IMG/VR virus record: IMGVR_UViG_2880412407_000007
DNA length: 48,769 nucleotides
Origin: a virus
Lineage: Duplodnaviria; Heunggongvirae; Uroviricota; Caudoviricetes
Reading direction: 5' to 3' (one strand)
Under the pieces are notes generated by a model. It was given only the letters and a program-made list of their open reading frames with translations. It had not been told where the DNA came from and ran no database searches. Below are positions 10,668 through 25,719 of the stretch, piece by piece; the stretch's first letter is position 1; each line of letters starts with the position of its first letter. The position numbers and the translations under genes were made by a program.

Positions 10668-13309
10668 CGCCCGCTCCCCGATAACATACCGCCATCACGC
10701 AACTGCAGCCGGAGCTCATCCTGCGCCCCCTTGCGGGCCATGTCATACACCGCCTTCATCAGCTGCGGCCCCGCCTGTCCGTTGGTGCCGTCGTTCTGAA
10801 TCACCACGTGATTGTTCTGATTAAAATTAATACCTTCCGCCCGCCGCATCTGCGCCGGACTTCCGGCACCACCCACATAACCACCTTCCGCATAGCCGCG
10901 CATCAGACGGTAAAGATTCCCCACACCTATCCGGCTGGTTGCCTCTTTCGTGAAAACAAACTCCCCGCGGTGAACTATCCCCGCAGGCTCATATTTGCCG
11001 CCCGTCCCCGTAAATCCTCCGGTCGCGAAATGGAAGTTCGCCGCCGCAGCCTCAATGGCCGTCCCCGAGGAAGCAGATGCACCACCACCGAAAGCACCGC
11101 CCATGGCGCTGCCGATACGCCCGACAATGCCCACCATGGCCTGTTTAAGCAGGATTTCTGTCATCATGGACAGCACCGAACGGGTGAATCCCCGCCAGTC
11201 TGCCTCTGCACCGGTCAGCATCGCCGCCATATTCTGTGCAATACCGTCAAAGGTCTGCGTGGCCACGCTTTTAACCTGCGAAAAACTGTCCGTCGCACTT
11301 TCTGCCCACTCGCCCCAGCCGGACTTCAGACCGGCCATCCAGCTTCCACGAAGCTGCTCCTCCGCAGACCAGGTGTTCTTCAGTGCCGATGTGGCCTTCG
11401 CCAGCGCAGCCGGATTATCACCGTACACGTCCCGAAGACGCTGCGCTTCAGACTCCCGCTGCGCCTGACGGTCAGTGAGACCGCGGGCTTTTGCGCTGAT
11501 GGCGGCCTGCTTCGCGCTCTGCTGCTCTTCAAACCGCACCGCCTGCTGTGCCAGCTCATTCAGGCGTTTCTGGTGTTCAACCTTGTCGCCCAGGTCAGCC
11601 AGCTGGCGTTTGTACTCCAGCGTCTCTTTCTCATGGGCCAGCAGGGATTTTTCCTGCCAGGATAACTGCCGTTTCGTGGCAGCCTCTTTCAGGACCGCAT
11701 ACTGACTTTCCGCCTTCCATAAATCACGGCGCTGCCGACTGATTTTCTCATTCGCACCGCTGTGTTTTTCCAGCGTCCTGAGCTCAGCTTCAAGGGCAAG
11801 CAGAGCCTCTCTTGCCTGCTCCTCTTCCCTCTCCCCGGCAGAGCGCGTTTTCGGTGATGTATGCTTTTTACCTGTCAGCTCTTCAGCCAGACGGCTGACG
11901 GCTTCCTGCTGCCCAGGACCTTTGCTGACGCCTGTTGCACGCGAGCGGTTGATGTACCCCATTTCCCCCTGGCGTATACGCGCATCCCGTTCCGCAATGG
12001 ATTTTCTCAGCGCCAGTTCATCGCGTTTTGTTTTCTCAATAAATACGCGGTTCTCTTCTGCCAGTTCACCAAACAACGCACCAACGCCGGGCACATTCTT
12101 TGTCGTTTCCCAGGCTGACTGAATAAATTCAGCCAGCGCCAGATCCCCCTGCACAAGCAGCAGCTTCACTTGTTCAACGGTTCCGGCCACCACGTCAGTG
12201 ATCAGACTGAGTGCCCCAGTGTATGATCACCTATCCATGCCCATGCGTCAGAAGTCCAGGTTTTAACATCGTCCCAGATTTTTTCCACCGGCGTGGCCGC
12301 TTTATCAAGTTGCTCCAGACGTGCATTCATGACATCCGCAAACAGGGACATCGCCTCCGTCACCGCAGCCTGTTTACCTTTCGTGCGCTCAAGCTCATCA
12401 ATATGGCGTAACTGGGAAACGCTCAGGAAGTTATACTGCTGATTCAGGGAGGCCAGCGCCTTCACCGGATCTGCTGCAATCCCTTCAAAGGCTTTTTCCA
12501 CCTTCCCGGCATCGTCCCCACCGTCTGCAGCCATCTCTGAGAGGTTTCCCCATGATCCGTAGCTGCCCGGCGGTATATTTCCCGCTTTCTGCCAGACGGG
12601 CCAGATTTTCTGCCGCCTGTCTGATACCACCACCGGCTTCATCGCTGATCACCCCGGCCATTTTCCACAATTCTGCCGTTGTGGTGGCAGCCGCCCCTCC
12701 GGTCAGGATCAGTGAACGCAATAAGGCCCGGTCAGCCTGCTCTGCCTGCCAGGCGGCGGCAGCAAGCGCGGCCAGTACGGCAACCCCGCCACCTGCCGCC
12801 ACACGGGCCACCGACATAAATCGTCCCAGCTCACCGGCATTCCGGGCATTTTCAGCCAGTGCATTTGCCGTATCTGACAGCGACTCCTCTGATGATTCAG
12901 AGGCATCCCTGATCCCGAGAAGTTCCTCCTTCAGCAGGGTAAGCAGGCTGAGCGGTCCACCGAATGAATCGCTGATCTGCCCCCCCTGCTGCAGCATGAT
13001 AAGGAAGGGATTCTGACCACCGGCAAGCTGAGTGACAATATCCGTGAACTGTGCGGGCAGTGTGCGCATGGCAGCCTTATACTGTCCGACTGATATCCCG
13101 GCTTTTTGTGCAGCCAGCGCCTGTCGGCTCAGCCCCTGTTCAACAGTACTGGCGGTTTTTCTGGCATCCGCCTCCAGACTGGAAAAATGACGGCGTACCC
13201 GGGCCATCTGTTCATCAAACCGGGCCGCATCCAGACTCAAATCAATAACCAGATCACCCGCTGGCTGGACATATCTCACACCTCCGGAAATCCCCGCTGA
13301 AGCCATCAT
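10664..13309 (-). pseudogene. H: tail tape measure protein H, split over three reading frames
   Basis: ORFs 12485..13666, 12202..12642 and 10664..12193 carry the N-terminal, middle and C-terminal parts of a lambda H-like protein (GDLVIDLSLDA...; ...GIVHRGEFVFTKEATSRIG...). Start position uncertain; the T frame runs into H without a stop. Confidence 0.8.
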
Positions 13310-13720
13310 TAATGCAACATCATCCTCGCTGACATCCACCACATCCGCAGAAGGTGAAATATCGCGCCCTCCGTCCCCTCCGAACCGGACGCCTCCGGCA
13401 ACTCCTGTCGCTTTCTGCATCAGCATTTCTTCCTCGTCCGGCATCTCCGTCTGCTCTTCCTCACACGCTGGAGCAAGCAGACTGAAATCCGCCGGATGCA
13501 TATCCGGATCGCCAAAAAACAGGCTGAGTACGGCGTACATCAGCCCGGAAAAATGAGCGTCCAGTTGGGTATCCTGAAAATAATGCGTGCAGTAAAAACG
13601 TCGCCAGTCGGCATATTCGGTGGATGTCATCCCGGCCAGCATGGCGCGCCAGTCGGGTCTCCCCATCTCACGCGCCAGTTTCAGGACAAAGTTCAGCTCG
13701 CCTTCGAATGCTTTTTTGAT
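13310..13720 (-). CDS. T: gpT-like region (-1 frame extension of G, expected to be made as a G-T fusion by programmed frameshift)
   Basis: Per the ORF track this frame is -1 relative to G and lies directly downstream of it; slippery-like heptamers GGGAAAG and AAAAAAG sit in the last 20 codons of G. Boundaries approximate. Confidence 0.45.
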
Positions 13721-14115
13721 GTTACCGGCTCAGTCGCTTCTGCTTTCCCGGTTTGTTCAGGATCGGCATCGTGCCGGTTATCCAGCATACCTGAAAGATA
13801 AAGCACCCGGTTCGTTGCCTGATTCAGTGCATCAGCAGGCCATCCCAGCATCACTTCACGGCGGATCTGCTGCATCTCTGTCTCCGGAGAGGCCAGAGTG
13901 CCTTTGAGGGAATGGGAATGCCATAGCGACATCGCCACAAGCAGGGATGCCGTTTCCAGATATCGCTGGTTAATGTGCACGACATCATGCTTCGTTGTCT
14001 CCTGTTGTTCTGCGTCTGAAACAAACTTTATATAATCAAACCGCTGCAGCGCAGACAATTCGGAAAGCGTGACGGACACACCGTTATATTCAAATTGTTC
14101 TGTTTTCAGAAACAT
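13693..14115 (-). CDS. G: tail assembly chaperone G
   Basis: 140 aa, N-terminus matches lambda gpG (MFLKTE.FE.NGV.VTLSELSALQR). Confidence 0.85.
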   Translation of the reverse strand: MFLKTEQFEYNGVSVTLSELSALQRFDYIKFVSDAEQQETTKHDVVHINQRYLETASLLVAMSLWHSHSLKGTLASPETEMQQIRREVMLGWPADALNQATNRVLYLSGMLDNRHDADPEQTGKAEATEPVTSKKHSKAS

Positions 14116-14128
14116 GTATTACCTCCGT

Positions 14129-14880
14129 TTACCCTGCAGCGCCCGCTTCAGTAACGGTGACTTCAGCCACTGCGGCGAACTGACCATTTCCGCTCACCAC
14201 AGGGATCTGCACCTTACCTGTCGCCACGCCGTTTACCGTAATTGTCATATCTTTCACACTAATGGTGGCTTTCGACGGATCGGCGGAAACCGCTCTGAAC
14301 GTCTTGTCGGTTGCACTTTCCGGCTCAAAAGAAACCGTCAGGGTGGTTGTTTTCCCTTTTGCCACCGTACCGGATGTCGGCGTCACCTTAATCGCAGTGA
14401 CCGGCGTAATTTTGCTGCGTTCTTCCGCTACAGAAGGTTTGCCCACGTTGGTCACTTTCACCGTGCGGGTGATCACTTCTTTCGCCGTCACGGCCTTACC
14501 GATACTGCTGACCCAGCCACGGAACACATCCACCGTGCCATTTGGGAAACGGATTTTATAGGCCCGCACATCCCCGCTTTCAAACCAGCCTATAAGCCCT
14601 TTCTGACCTTCTTCTCCCGGTTTCCAGGCCAGCGTAAAACTGGTATCTCCTGCAGACTTCTGCCCCTGCCCGGTCGCGGTCCAGTCCGCGTCTTCATCAT
14701 CCAGGTAGTTATCATCGTAGGTTCTGCCGTCATCTCGCCCGGCGTCAGATCCTTCACCTTAGCCAGTCGCTGCCAGTCATCGTCTGACAACGGGTTTGCA
14801 TAAGCATCACCCTTGCCGTTGTAAACCCACAGAGTGGTACCGGCACCTTTTACCGGCTCAAGGGGATTTGGTGTTGCCAT
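14129..14880 (-). pseudogene. V: major tail protein V (with C-terminal Ig-like domain), frameshifted
   Basis: ORF 14590..14880 matches V residues 1-~50 then leaves frame; ORF 14129..14569 resumes at [15 protein letters not shown] and runs to the V C-terminus. The middle ~50 aa are in neither ORF. Confidence 0.8.
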
Positions 14881-14887
14881 ATCGTCC

Positions 14888-15283
14888 TCACATCTCGTAT
14901 GTAATGGAATAAGTCAGATCTGCAGAACTCCATAACGCCATATCGTCATCACGACGATACTCATAGCCCTGCGTAACCATCGTGGTAATCAGTCCTGCCA
15001 GTGCCGGGATATCGCTCATCACCGGATAAATCCGGGACTCCATCCACGCATCCAGCTCTGAATCCGGTACCTGAGCAGGCAGGAAAACTTCAATATGCAG
15101 CTCCGCCTGCCAGGTATCGCTGTCCAGCTCTTCGCCCGTGTATTCAGCGCCGGTGAGATAAACGGCAACTGCCGGAAAATCCGCCTCATCAAAAACAGCG
15201 GGGCGACCATCAAAAAGCGTCGCCCCGGTGTCATGCTTCTCCAGTGCATCCAGTACGGCTGCACGGAGTTCAGTATGTTTCAT
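14888..15283 (-). CDS. U: tail terminator protein U
   Basis: 131 aa, near-identical to lambda gpU as recalled. Confidence 0.9.
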   Translation of the reverse strand: MKHTELRAAVLDALEKHDTGATLFDGRPAVFDEADFPAVAVYLTGAEYTGEELDSDTWQAELHIEVFLPAQVPDSELDAWMESRIYPVMSDIPALAGLITTMVTQGYEYRRDDDMALWSSADLTYSITYEM

Positions 15284-15857
15284 CGCTTTATTACCATTCT
15301 CAGTTGATGCTGCAGCGCATAGCCCAGCTCTTTCGGAAGACGTTCACGCCGTATCCGTTCAATATTCTGTTTAAATGCCGTGGTCAGCGGCACCGCCATC
15401 GGAATTTTCACCACATCAATGGGGTAACGATTTTTCCCGGCCACACGCTGCATGACATGCCACCGGCCATTTTTCAGTTGCTGAATAAACGCGCCGGGAA
15501 TATGACGGTTACCCACCACAAGCACGCTGCCGCCACCTTTCAGGGATGAACGCTGCCCCTTTTTACGACGCCTGCGGCGCGAAAGGACAACCCGCGCATT
15601 ACCCAGCCTGATTACGGGCAAATCCCCCGGTTAACTTTGATTCTGGCCTGCGGATTTTTGACCGTGGCCCTTTTCAGCCTGGCCCTTTCCTTTACCAGTT
15701 TCCGGCGTACCTTTGTCTCACGGGCAACCTGTGACGCCGACTGCGATATCGCGGATGAAGCAACGCGGTTAATGGCCATTGCGGCGGCACCGGGCACCGC
15801 CGTTTTGCTGATACGGCTGAGGTTTTCAACGGCCTGCTCAAGACCTTTTATGGGCAT
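15280..15857 (-). pseudogene. Z: tail completion protein Z, one frameshift
   Basis: N-terminal 80 aa (ORF 15612..15857) and C-terminal 110 aa (ORF 15280..15621) of lambda gpZ lie in different frames, joining near 15620. Confidence 0.8.
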
Positions 15858-15868
15858 ACCTCCCCCTT

Positions 15869-16222
15869 TCAGCGGCGACGGTTAACGGCAGGCGGCACGC
15901 CACGCCCGAGCCAGAGATGACAGCTTCCACCATCATCCGGCGAAACCCGGTCTATCCAGAAGTTTTCCTCACCGATGGTCAGCGTGTCTCCACGCCGCAG
16001 CTGCCGCACATCATCAGTCCGGACAAACAGGGACGGGCTGGAGCCTTCAACGCGCACGCCCTGTCCGGCATAGCTGATATTTTCAGGGTCATCAAAAACA
16101 CCACGTATTACTGCGCCGGACTGCTCACCGGATGTCATGGTGGCTGACGTTCCCATGTACCCGCGTATCGTTTCATCGGCGCGGACAATGGCAGCATCGA
16201 ACAGGTTATCGAAATCAGCCAC
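15869..16222 (-). CDS. FII: head-tail connector protein FII
   Basis: 117 aa, collinear with lambda gpFII. Confidence 0.9.
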   Translation of the reverse strand: MADFDNLFDAAIVRADETIRGYMGTSATMTSGEQSGAVIRGVFDDPENISYAGQGVRVEGSSPSLFVRTDDVRQLRRGDTLTIGEENFWIDRVSPDDGGSCHLWLGRGVPPAVNRRR

Positions 16223-16233
16223 AGCGCCTCCCG

Positions 16234-16629
16234 TTATTGCATTCTGGCCAGGCCGCGCTCTGTCATTTCGGCTGCCACACCGGCAGAGACACGAAACGCC
16301 GTTCCCGGCAGCACAAATGCCACAGGTTCATCCCGCGTGGCGTGAAGTGCATCGGTATGCAGCGTCACCAGTGCCACAACCGTGACCAGAGCAGCCGTAT
16401 CAGTCACGGTATCCGTCTGTGCTGATACCACCTCATTTTCATGTCCGGTCAGCGCATTTTCCGGGCTGACAGACGAGTCCTGACCGGCTCCGTCATCCGT
16501 GTCATCAAGCTCCTCTTCCAGCTCTGCCACACGGAGCGCCAGTTCTTCTTTCGTCCCCGTCAGGCTGACATCACGGTTCAGTTGCTCACCCAGCGACCGG
16601 AGACGGGCAATCAGTTCATCTTTCGTCAT
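16234..16629 (-). CDS. FI: DNA packaging protein FI
   Basis: Matches lambda gpFI from MTKDELIARLRSLGEQL (internal Met of the tracked ORF) to ...ERGLARMQ. Confidence 0.85.
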   Translation of the reverse strand: MTKDELIARLRSLGEQLNRDVSLTGTKEELALRVAELEEELDDTDDGAGQDSSVSPENALTGHENEVVSAQTDTVTDTAALVTVVALVTLHTDALHATRDEPVAFVLPGTAFRVSAGVAAEMTERGLARMQ

Positions 16630-16669
16630 GGATTCCTCCACAGAGAGAAAATGGCCCTAAGGGCCATGA

Positions 16670-17694
16670 TTACGCCAGTTGAACGGACACGAACTCATCA
16701 GGATCAGCCAGCAGCATCAGCGGTGCTGACTGAATCATGGTGAACTCTCGCGCCGGATCGCCGGATGTCTTCCAGTTTTTCGGATAACGGGGAGACGCAT
16801 TAATACCCTCACTCAATGCATCCGCATCCTGAATACAGCCATAGGTGCGCAGACCGCGTGCATGAGTGTTACCCAGCACCATCGTGTTGTCCGGCAGGAA
16901 GTTCTTTTTGACGCCGTTTTCCACGTACTGTCCGGAATACACGACGATGGCCACATCGCCATACATTCCTTATAAGACACCGCTTTGCCCAGGTCTTTTA
17001 CCGCTGTCTCCAGTTCGGAATGAGAGCCGCGACGGGTATCCAGCTTCTCCCTGACGGCTTTGAAGGAACGGAACAGCGCCCAGCCTTTCGGGTCAAACAC
17101 GATGATATTCACCACGCCGCTGGCGTTCAGCGCGTAGGCTTCGATATCGTCGGTCGGGTCATACGTGGACTTGTCACGCTTGCTCCACTCCGTGCCGCCG
17201 GACTGCGTGATGTTGTTCGTCGCACTGCGGCCCATATCCACCTCAACCGGATCGAAGGCTTCACCGGTCATGGTGTATTTGCCCCTGAGCACGGCAGAAA
17301 CTGCCTGCATCTCTTCGACCTGAGCAATGGCCAGCTCTTCGTCACGCATGTTCTGCATGATGATGCGACGGCGGCGGTAAGCCGGGTCCGCCAGATTCTG
17401 CGGATCTTCATCCGGCAGGCGACGCAGGGTCATCTGCGGATTCACTTCATGCTTGGGTTTGACATATCCCGGCGTAAATTCAGAGGTGGAGCCGCCACGG
17501 GAACGGATAACCTCACCGGAAACAATCGGCGAAACGTACAGCGCCATGTTTACCAGTCCCGGAATTTGTGAGAGATAGACTTTCTCCGTGGTGAAGGGAT
17601 AGCTCTCACGGAAAAAGAGACGCAGAAACAGCGGATCAAACTTAAATTTCTGCTCATTTGCCGCCAGCAGCTGGGCGGTTGTGTACATCGACAT
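16670..17694 (-). pseudogene. E: major capsid protein E, one frameshift near 16960
   Basis: ORF 16813..17721 matches lambda gpE from MSMYTTAQLLAANEQ to ...KAVSYK; the last ~95 aa (MYGDVAIVVYSG...FVSVQLA) are in ORF 16670..16966 in another frame. Confidence 0.85.
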
Positions 17695-17749
17695 AAAAAA
17701 ATCCCGTAAAAAAAGCCGCACAGGCGGCCTTTAGTGATGAAGGGTCAGG

Positions 17750-18082
17750 TTAAACGATGCTGATTGCCGTTCCGGCAAACGCGGTCCGTTTTTTCGTCTC
17801 GTCGCTGGCAGCCTCCGGCCAGAGCACATCCTCATAACGGAACGTGCCGGACTTGTAGAACGTCAGTGTGGTGCTGGTCTGGTCAGCAGCAACTGCAAGA
17901 ATGCCAACGGCAGCACCGTCGGTGGTGCCATCCCACGCAACCAGCTTACGGGTGGAGGTGTCCAGCATCAGCGGGGTCATTGCAGGCGCTTTCGCACTCA
18001 ATCCGCCGGGCGCGGTTGCGGTATGAGCCGGGTCACTGTTGCCCAGCGGCTGGTAATGGGTAAAGGTTTCTTTGCTCGTCAT
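17750..18082 (-). CDS. D: head decoration protein D
   Basis: Matches lambda gpD from [12 protein letters not shown] to ...AGTAISIV. Confidence 0.9.
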   Translation of the reverse strand: MTSKETFTHYQPLGNSDPAHTATAPGGLSAKAPAMTPLMLDTSTRKLVAWDGTTDGAAVGILAVAADQTSTTLTFYKSGTFRYEDVLWPEAASDETKKRTAFAGTAISIV

Positions 18083-18091
18083 AAACATCCC

Positions 18092-19389
18092 TTACACTGG
18101 TGTGTTCAGCAAATCGTTAACGGCATCAGATGCCGGGTTACCTGCAGCCAGCGGTGCCGGTGCCCCCTGCATCAGACGATCCAGCGCAGTGTCACTGCGC
18201 GCCTGTGCACTCTGTGGTGCTGCGGCCAGAATACGGCGGGCCGTTTCCACGGTCATACCGGGGGTTTCGGCCAGCACGCATGCCTGTTCTTCGCGTCCGT
18301 GAGCCTCCTCACAGTTGAGGATCCCCATAATGCGACTGTTTTCTGCCGCAACCGCTGCGGTGATCTGCGCGTTCACGTCCGGCTGCGCAGCGCTGGCGTT
18401 CTCGCCCTCCGTCGCTTGCACCACGCCAGTAACGTCAGCCTGCGAAGCAGTGGCTGAAACAGTTGTTGATTGAGTCTCTTTGGTCATTCGCCCTCCTGAG
18501 AGACGGGATTTACGTGCATCCAGTGCATCACGCATGACGGTGATCGCATCGGTACTGTTCACAAGTTCATCAGCCAGTCCGGCATCAATGGCCTCCTGAC
18601 CGCTGTACACTGCAGCCTCGGTACCAGCACAGCCTGCACGGACAGGCCGGTATATGCCGACACCTTCTGTGCAAACATCCGGCGGGTTGCATCCATCCGG
18701 GACTGCAGTGTTTCCCGGACATCATCCGGTAGATGGCTGTAGGGTTGCCATCCACCTTATGGCTGCCGCTGTAAATCAGCGTGATTTCCACGCCCTGTTT
18801 CTCCAGCGCAGCACCGTAATTACTGTGAGCCATCATGACGCCGATGGAGCCTGTCCGGGCGGTCTGCGTGACCAGACGCCGGGAGGCGGCGCTGGCAAGC
18901 AGCTGACCTGCACTGCAGTTCATGTCGTTGGCCAGCGCCCATACCGGTTTTATGTCTCGCACACGGGCGATGATGTCAGCACAGTCAAATGCTCCCGCCA
19001 CCATCCCGCCCGGTGTGTCCATATCCAGCAGAATGCCGTCCACCATCGGATCGCTGGCAGCCTGTTGCAGACGGGCGATAATGCCGTTGTAACCGGTCAT
19101 TCCCGAATACGGCTGCAGCGCCCGCGTCCGGCTGACCAGCGTACCGGACACCGGCAGCACGGCGATGCCGTTCATGACCTGATAACTGCGGGCCTGTCGT
19201 GGTCCGTCATCATCACCGGATAACGCCAGCGTCGCGAGTGCCTCTCCGGCAGTCAGGCTGTCGCCGGATACTGCATCCGTCAGGCGGCTGATCCCAAGCT
19301 GGCCTGCAAGCGCACAAAAGAAAACCCGCGCATAGGCGGGTTCAAGCATCAGCGGCTCATTAAAAGCCATGCTGGCAATATGCGGGAGA

Positions 19390-19409
<20 letters not shown>
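18092..19409 (-). pseudogene. C: capsid assembly protease C (S49/ClpP-like) with nested scaffold Nu3, frameshifted
   Basis: GTG start at 19409 after a GGAGGAG RBS (VTAELRNLPHIASMAFNEPL...). The S49 peptidase region is intact to ...KVDGNP, then out of frame; the C-terminal/Nu3 part resumes in ORF 18092..18610. Confidence 0.8.
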
Positions 19410-23087
<3,678 letters not shown>

Positions 23088-23113
<26 letters not shown>

Positions 23114-23633
23114 TCAGCAACCCCGGTATCAGTTCATCCAGCGCGGCTGCTTTGTTCATGGCTTTGATAATATCCCGTTTCAGGAAATCAACATGTCGGT
23201 TTTCCAGTTCCGGAAAACGCCGCTGTACTGAGAGAGGGATCCCGTCAAGAATACTGGCAATTTCACCTGCGATCCGTGACAGCACGAAAGTACAGAATGC
23301 GGTTTCCACCACTTCTGCGGAGTCTCTGGCATTCTTCAGCTCCTGGGCGTCAGCCTGCGCACGCGTAAGTCGATGGCGTTCGTACTCAATAGTCCCAGGC
23401 TGGAGATCTGCCTCGCTGGCAGCCCTGTAATCCTCAACCTCTTTACGGAGTTTTTCATTTTCGATATCAGCTTCCCTCTGCGCATACCACTGAATTGCCG
23501 TGGCGGTATCAAATACAGATTCAACGCCCTTACCACCTCCGGAGACGCAAGGGAGCCCCTGAGACTGCCAGCGTTCAATCGTTCGCGGATCCACGTTGAA
23601 AATTTCGGCAAGTTTCTTTTTATTAACCTTCAT
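23088..23633 (-). CDS. nu1: terminase small subunit Nu1
   Basis: 181 aa, collinear with lambda Nu1 (C-terminal 110 aa near-identical). Confidence 0.9.
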
Positions 23634-23794
23634 GAAACAGTCTCACAACAAATACAGGGTCCGACATGAAAGTGCCCGAAAATGACTTTTTCAGGCGTTT
23701 TCATGTCGGACCTTTACGGATTCGATATTAGAAAAAACAAATAGTTATGTTCGAGAAGTACCGACATGATTTTCCCCGGAAAATTTTCATAAAT

Positions 23795-23835
23795 AGCGAA
23801 AACCCGCGAGGTCGCCGCCCCGTAACCGGTCGGAT
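23795..23835 (-). other. cos: cos site: lambda-type cosN 12-nt cohesive end plus flanking sequence
   Basis: Minus strand reads ...GGTTACG GGGCGGCGACCT CGCGGGTTTTCGCTATTTATGAAAATTTTCCGG, matching the lambda right end / cosN / left end as recalled. cosN at about 23809-23820, 160 bp upstream of Nu1. Confidence 0.75.
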
Positions 23836-24019
23836 CGCCGGAAAGGACCCGCAAAATGATAATAATTATCATCTACATGTCACAACGTGCATCTACGCCA
23901 TCAAACCACGTCAAATAATCAATTATGACGCAGGTATCGTATTAATTGATCTGCATCAAATTAACGTAAAAGCAACTTCAGATAATACAAATCAGCAACA
24001 CTGAATATGGGGCAACATT

Positions 24020-24244
24020 ATGTCATCAAAGAACAGAACCCGCAGAACAACAACCCGCAACATCCGATTTCCAAACCAGATGATTGAACAAATTAACATC
24101 GCTCTTGATCTGAAAGGTTCAGGAAATTTTTCAGCGTGGGTTATTGAAGCCTGCAGAAGAAGATTAATTAATGAAAAATATTCTCAATTTGTACCCAACA
24201 AAGACAAACACGACCAGAGAACCTGTTCAGACAGGTTTACTTAA
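24020..24244 (+). CDS. small ribbon-helix-helix-type DNA-binding protein (YlcI/DUF3950-like)
   Basis: 74 aa; basic N-terminus then IRFPNQMIEQINIAL...GSGNFSAWVIEACRRRL, an Arc/MetJ-like beta-strand plus two helices. On the opposite strand to the late operon, between cos and the lysis genes. Confidence 0.45.
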   Translation: MSSKNRTRRTTTRNIRFPNQMIEQINIALDLKGSGNFSAWVIEACRRRLINEKYSQFVPNKDKHDQRTCSDRFT

Positions 24245-24325
24245 ACGACTTATATATGACACAAAAAGCGACCACTAAAGTCGCTTTTTCTTATGGTAAC
24301 AGGCAATAACGCTCTCAGATATTTT

Positions 24326-24640
24326 TTAGCATTTTTTTGACCGCGCGTTTCCGGACGTATTCTGTTCTCCTGTCCCTTTATATCGTCGGAATACCCGCCG
24401 CTCTTCAAATCCCATTCCCAACTCAGAATGTAGTCTGTTGACCGCTTGTTTTATTTCGGTCAGGTTCACCGGTGAAACCGGAGTCCGGCGCGCCTTACGC
24501 AAACACTCTGCTCGTTTCTGTGCCGCCACTTTTCTTTTCTGGTCATCACTTAGCTGTACCATCACTTTTGCCCATCGTTCAGCTGCTCTCCGGTACAGTC
24601 CTTTTTTCTCCAGACATTCTGCCAGGTGATCATGTAGCAT
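24326..24640 (-). CDS. PerC-family transcriptional activator (Pch-like), 104 aa
   Basis: N-terminal LAECLEKKGLYRRAAERWAKVM resembles the PerC/Pch signature as recalled; size matches Pch proteins. Sits below a ~450-bp AT-rich region. Confidence 0.5.
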   Translation of the reverse strand: MLHDHLAECLEKKGLYRRAAERWAKVMVQLSDDQKRKVAAQKRAECLRKARRTPVSPVNLTEIKQAVNRLHSELGMGFEERRVFRRYKGTGEQNTSGNARSKKC

Positions 24641-25103
24641 AAGTAACCTCCGTTTATCTACAGACTGCCATCCTGAATTTACCGTCCTTAATAAGACAAC
24701 AATAAAAAACTAATTATATAAAAACAATAAAAATAATATACAAAAAAACTAAACAACAAAGAAAAGCAAATCATATCTGGCATTTTAATTGAAAGAGCAA
24801 TTACCGAACAAAAGACGCTGACTATATACTCAAAACCAAACAACAATTCTGCCAGTCAGGTATCATGGCAACACACGGAATTACCATGTTTTTGCCTTCT
24901 CTGCCCATACAATACGGGCATATACTTCATACTCTATTGTAATATTTCTATCCATGTGCCCCACTCCATTTACCTGTAAATAATATTCAAAATATTTATC
25001 ACAGAAATCGTTTTTGGCCATGAACTGAGCACACTATAAAGTCCGGAACTGACTCTTTGTTAAATTACCTTAACGTTACCAGTAACACCTTCGTAACAAA
25101 ACA

Positions 25104-25577
25104 TCACGGTATACACTGGGTACGGATATATTCCTGTGCTCCTTCCAGTTGCTTCTGCATTGCCATCAGCCGTTCTCTGAGGATGAAATAATCCCGTTCA
25201 GCGGCTTCTGCCAGTCGGGGACCGGTTGCATTATCCACGCCGGAGGTGATGGGGGCTTTACGCAAGGAGCCTGGACAGTTGGCGTTGATGCGCAGGCGCT
25301 TACGACCAGCGGCAACATCAGCACGCAGAGTTTCATTTTCAGCTCTCGCATCAGCTAATTCCCTCGAGTATCTGGCATCAAGTGCAGCAACATCACGCTG
25401 GCGCTGCTGCATATCAGTAATGGTTGCATTTGCCAGCTCCAGCTCACTGACTTTTTTATCGCGCTGCTCTTTGTAGGTTATGGCGTTATCGCGGTAATGA
25501 TTCAGCCCCAGACTAAGCGCACCACAGACCACCAGCAGAATAACGGTAAACGCGGAAAGCATTCGGTTTATGCTCAC
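25104..25577 (-). CDS. Rz: i-spanin Rz
   Basis: 157 aa, N-terminal TM segment then coiled coil; collinear with lambda Rz (NHYRDNAITYK, VAALDA, AERDYF.LRERL). Confidence 0.85.
   Translation of the reverse strand: MSINRMLSAFTVILLVVCGALSLGLNHYRDNAITYKEQRDKKVSELELANATITDMQQRQRDVAALDARYSRELADARAENETLRADVAAGRKRLRINANCPGSLRKAPITSGVDNATGPRLAEAAERDYFILRERLMAMQKQLEGAQEYIRTQCIP
25166..25351 (-). CDS. Rz1: o-spanin Rz1 (lipoprotein), embedded in Rz in the +1 frame
   Basis: Lipobox LPLVVSAC and proline-rich CVKPPSPPAWIMQPVPDWQ as in lambda Rz1. Real start probably an internal Met. Confidence 0.7.
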   Translation of the reverse strand: MRELKMKLCVLMLPLVVSACASTPTVQAPCVKPPSPPAWIMQPVPDWQKPLNGIISSSENG

Positions 25578-25719
25578 CCCACCAGCCCTGCCGAAGTCAA
25601 CGCCATCCAGGCCATGGAAAGAAAAAGAGCAACCAGCATTAGTGAAAATGAAATGCCGACAAGTACACAGAGGCTCTTCACCAGCGTTATGAGTTTATCT
25701 GATATCATTAGCCACCCCA

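Noticed and set aside
10808-13300. Plus-strand ORFs of 60-285 aa inside the tape-measure region
   Set aside because: Antisense to a well-supported H gene, Arg/Pro/Ser-rich, no RBS context; typical GC-rich antisense artefacts.
13560-14521. Apparent 1-nt disagreements between my base-by-base reading and the ORF-track frames at a few line boundaries (about 13560, 13680, 14520)
   Set aside because: The ORF track shows intact ORFs there (G, V C-terminal part, a plus-strand ORF), so I treated these as my own reading errors and did not count them as frameshifts.
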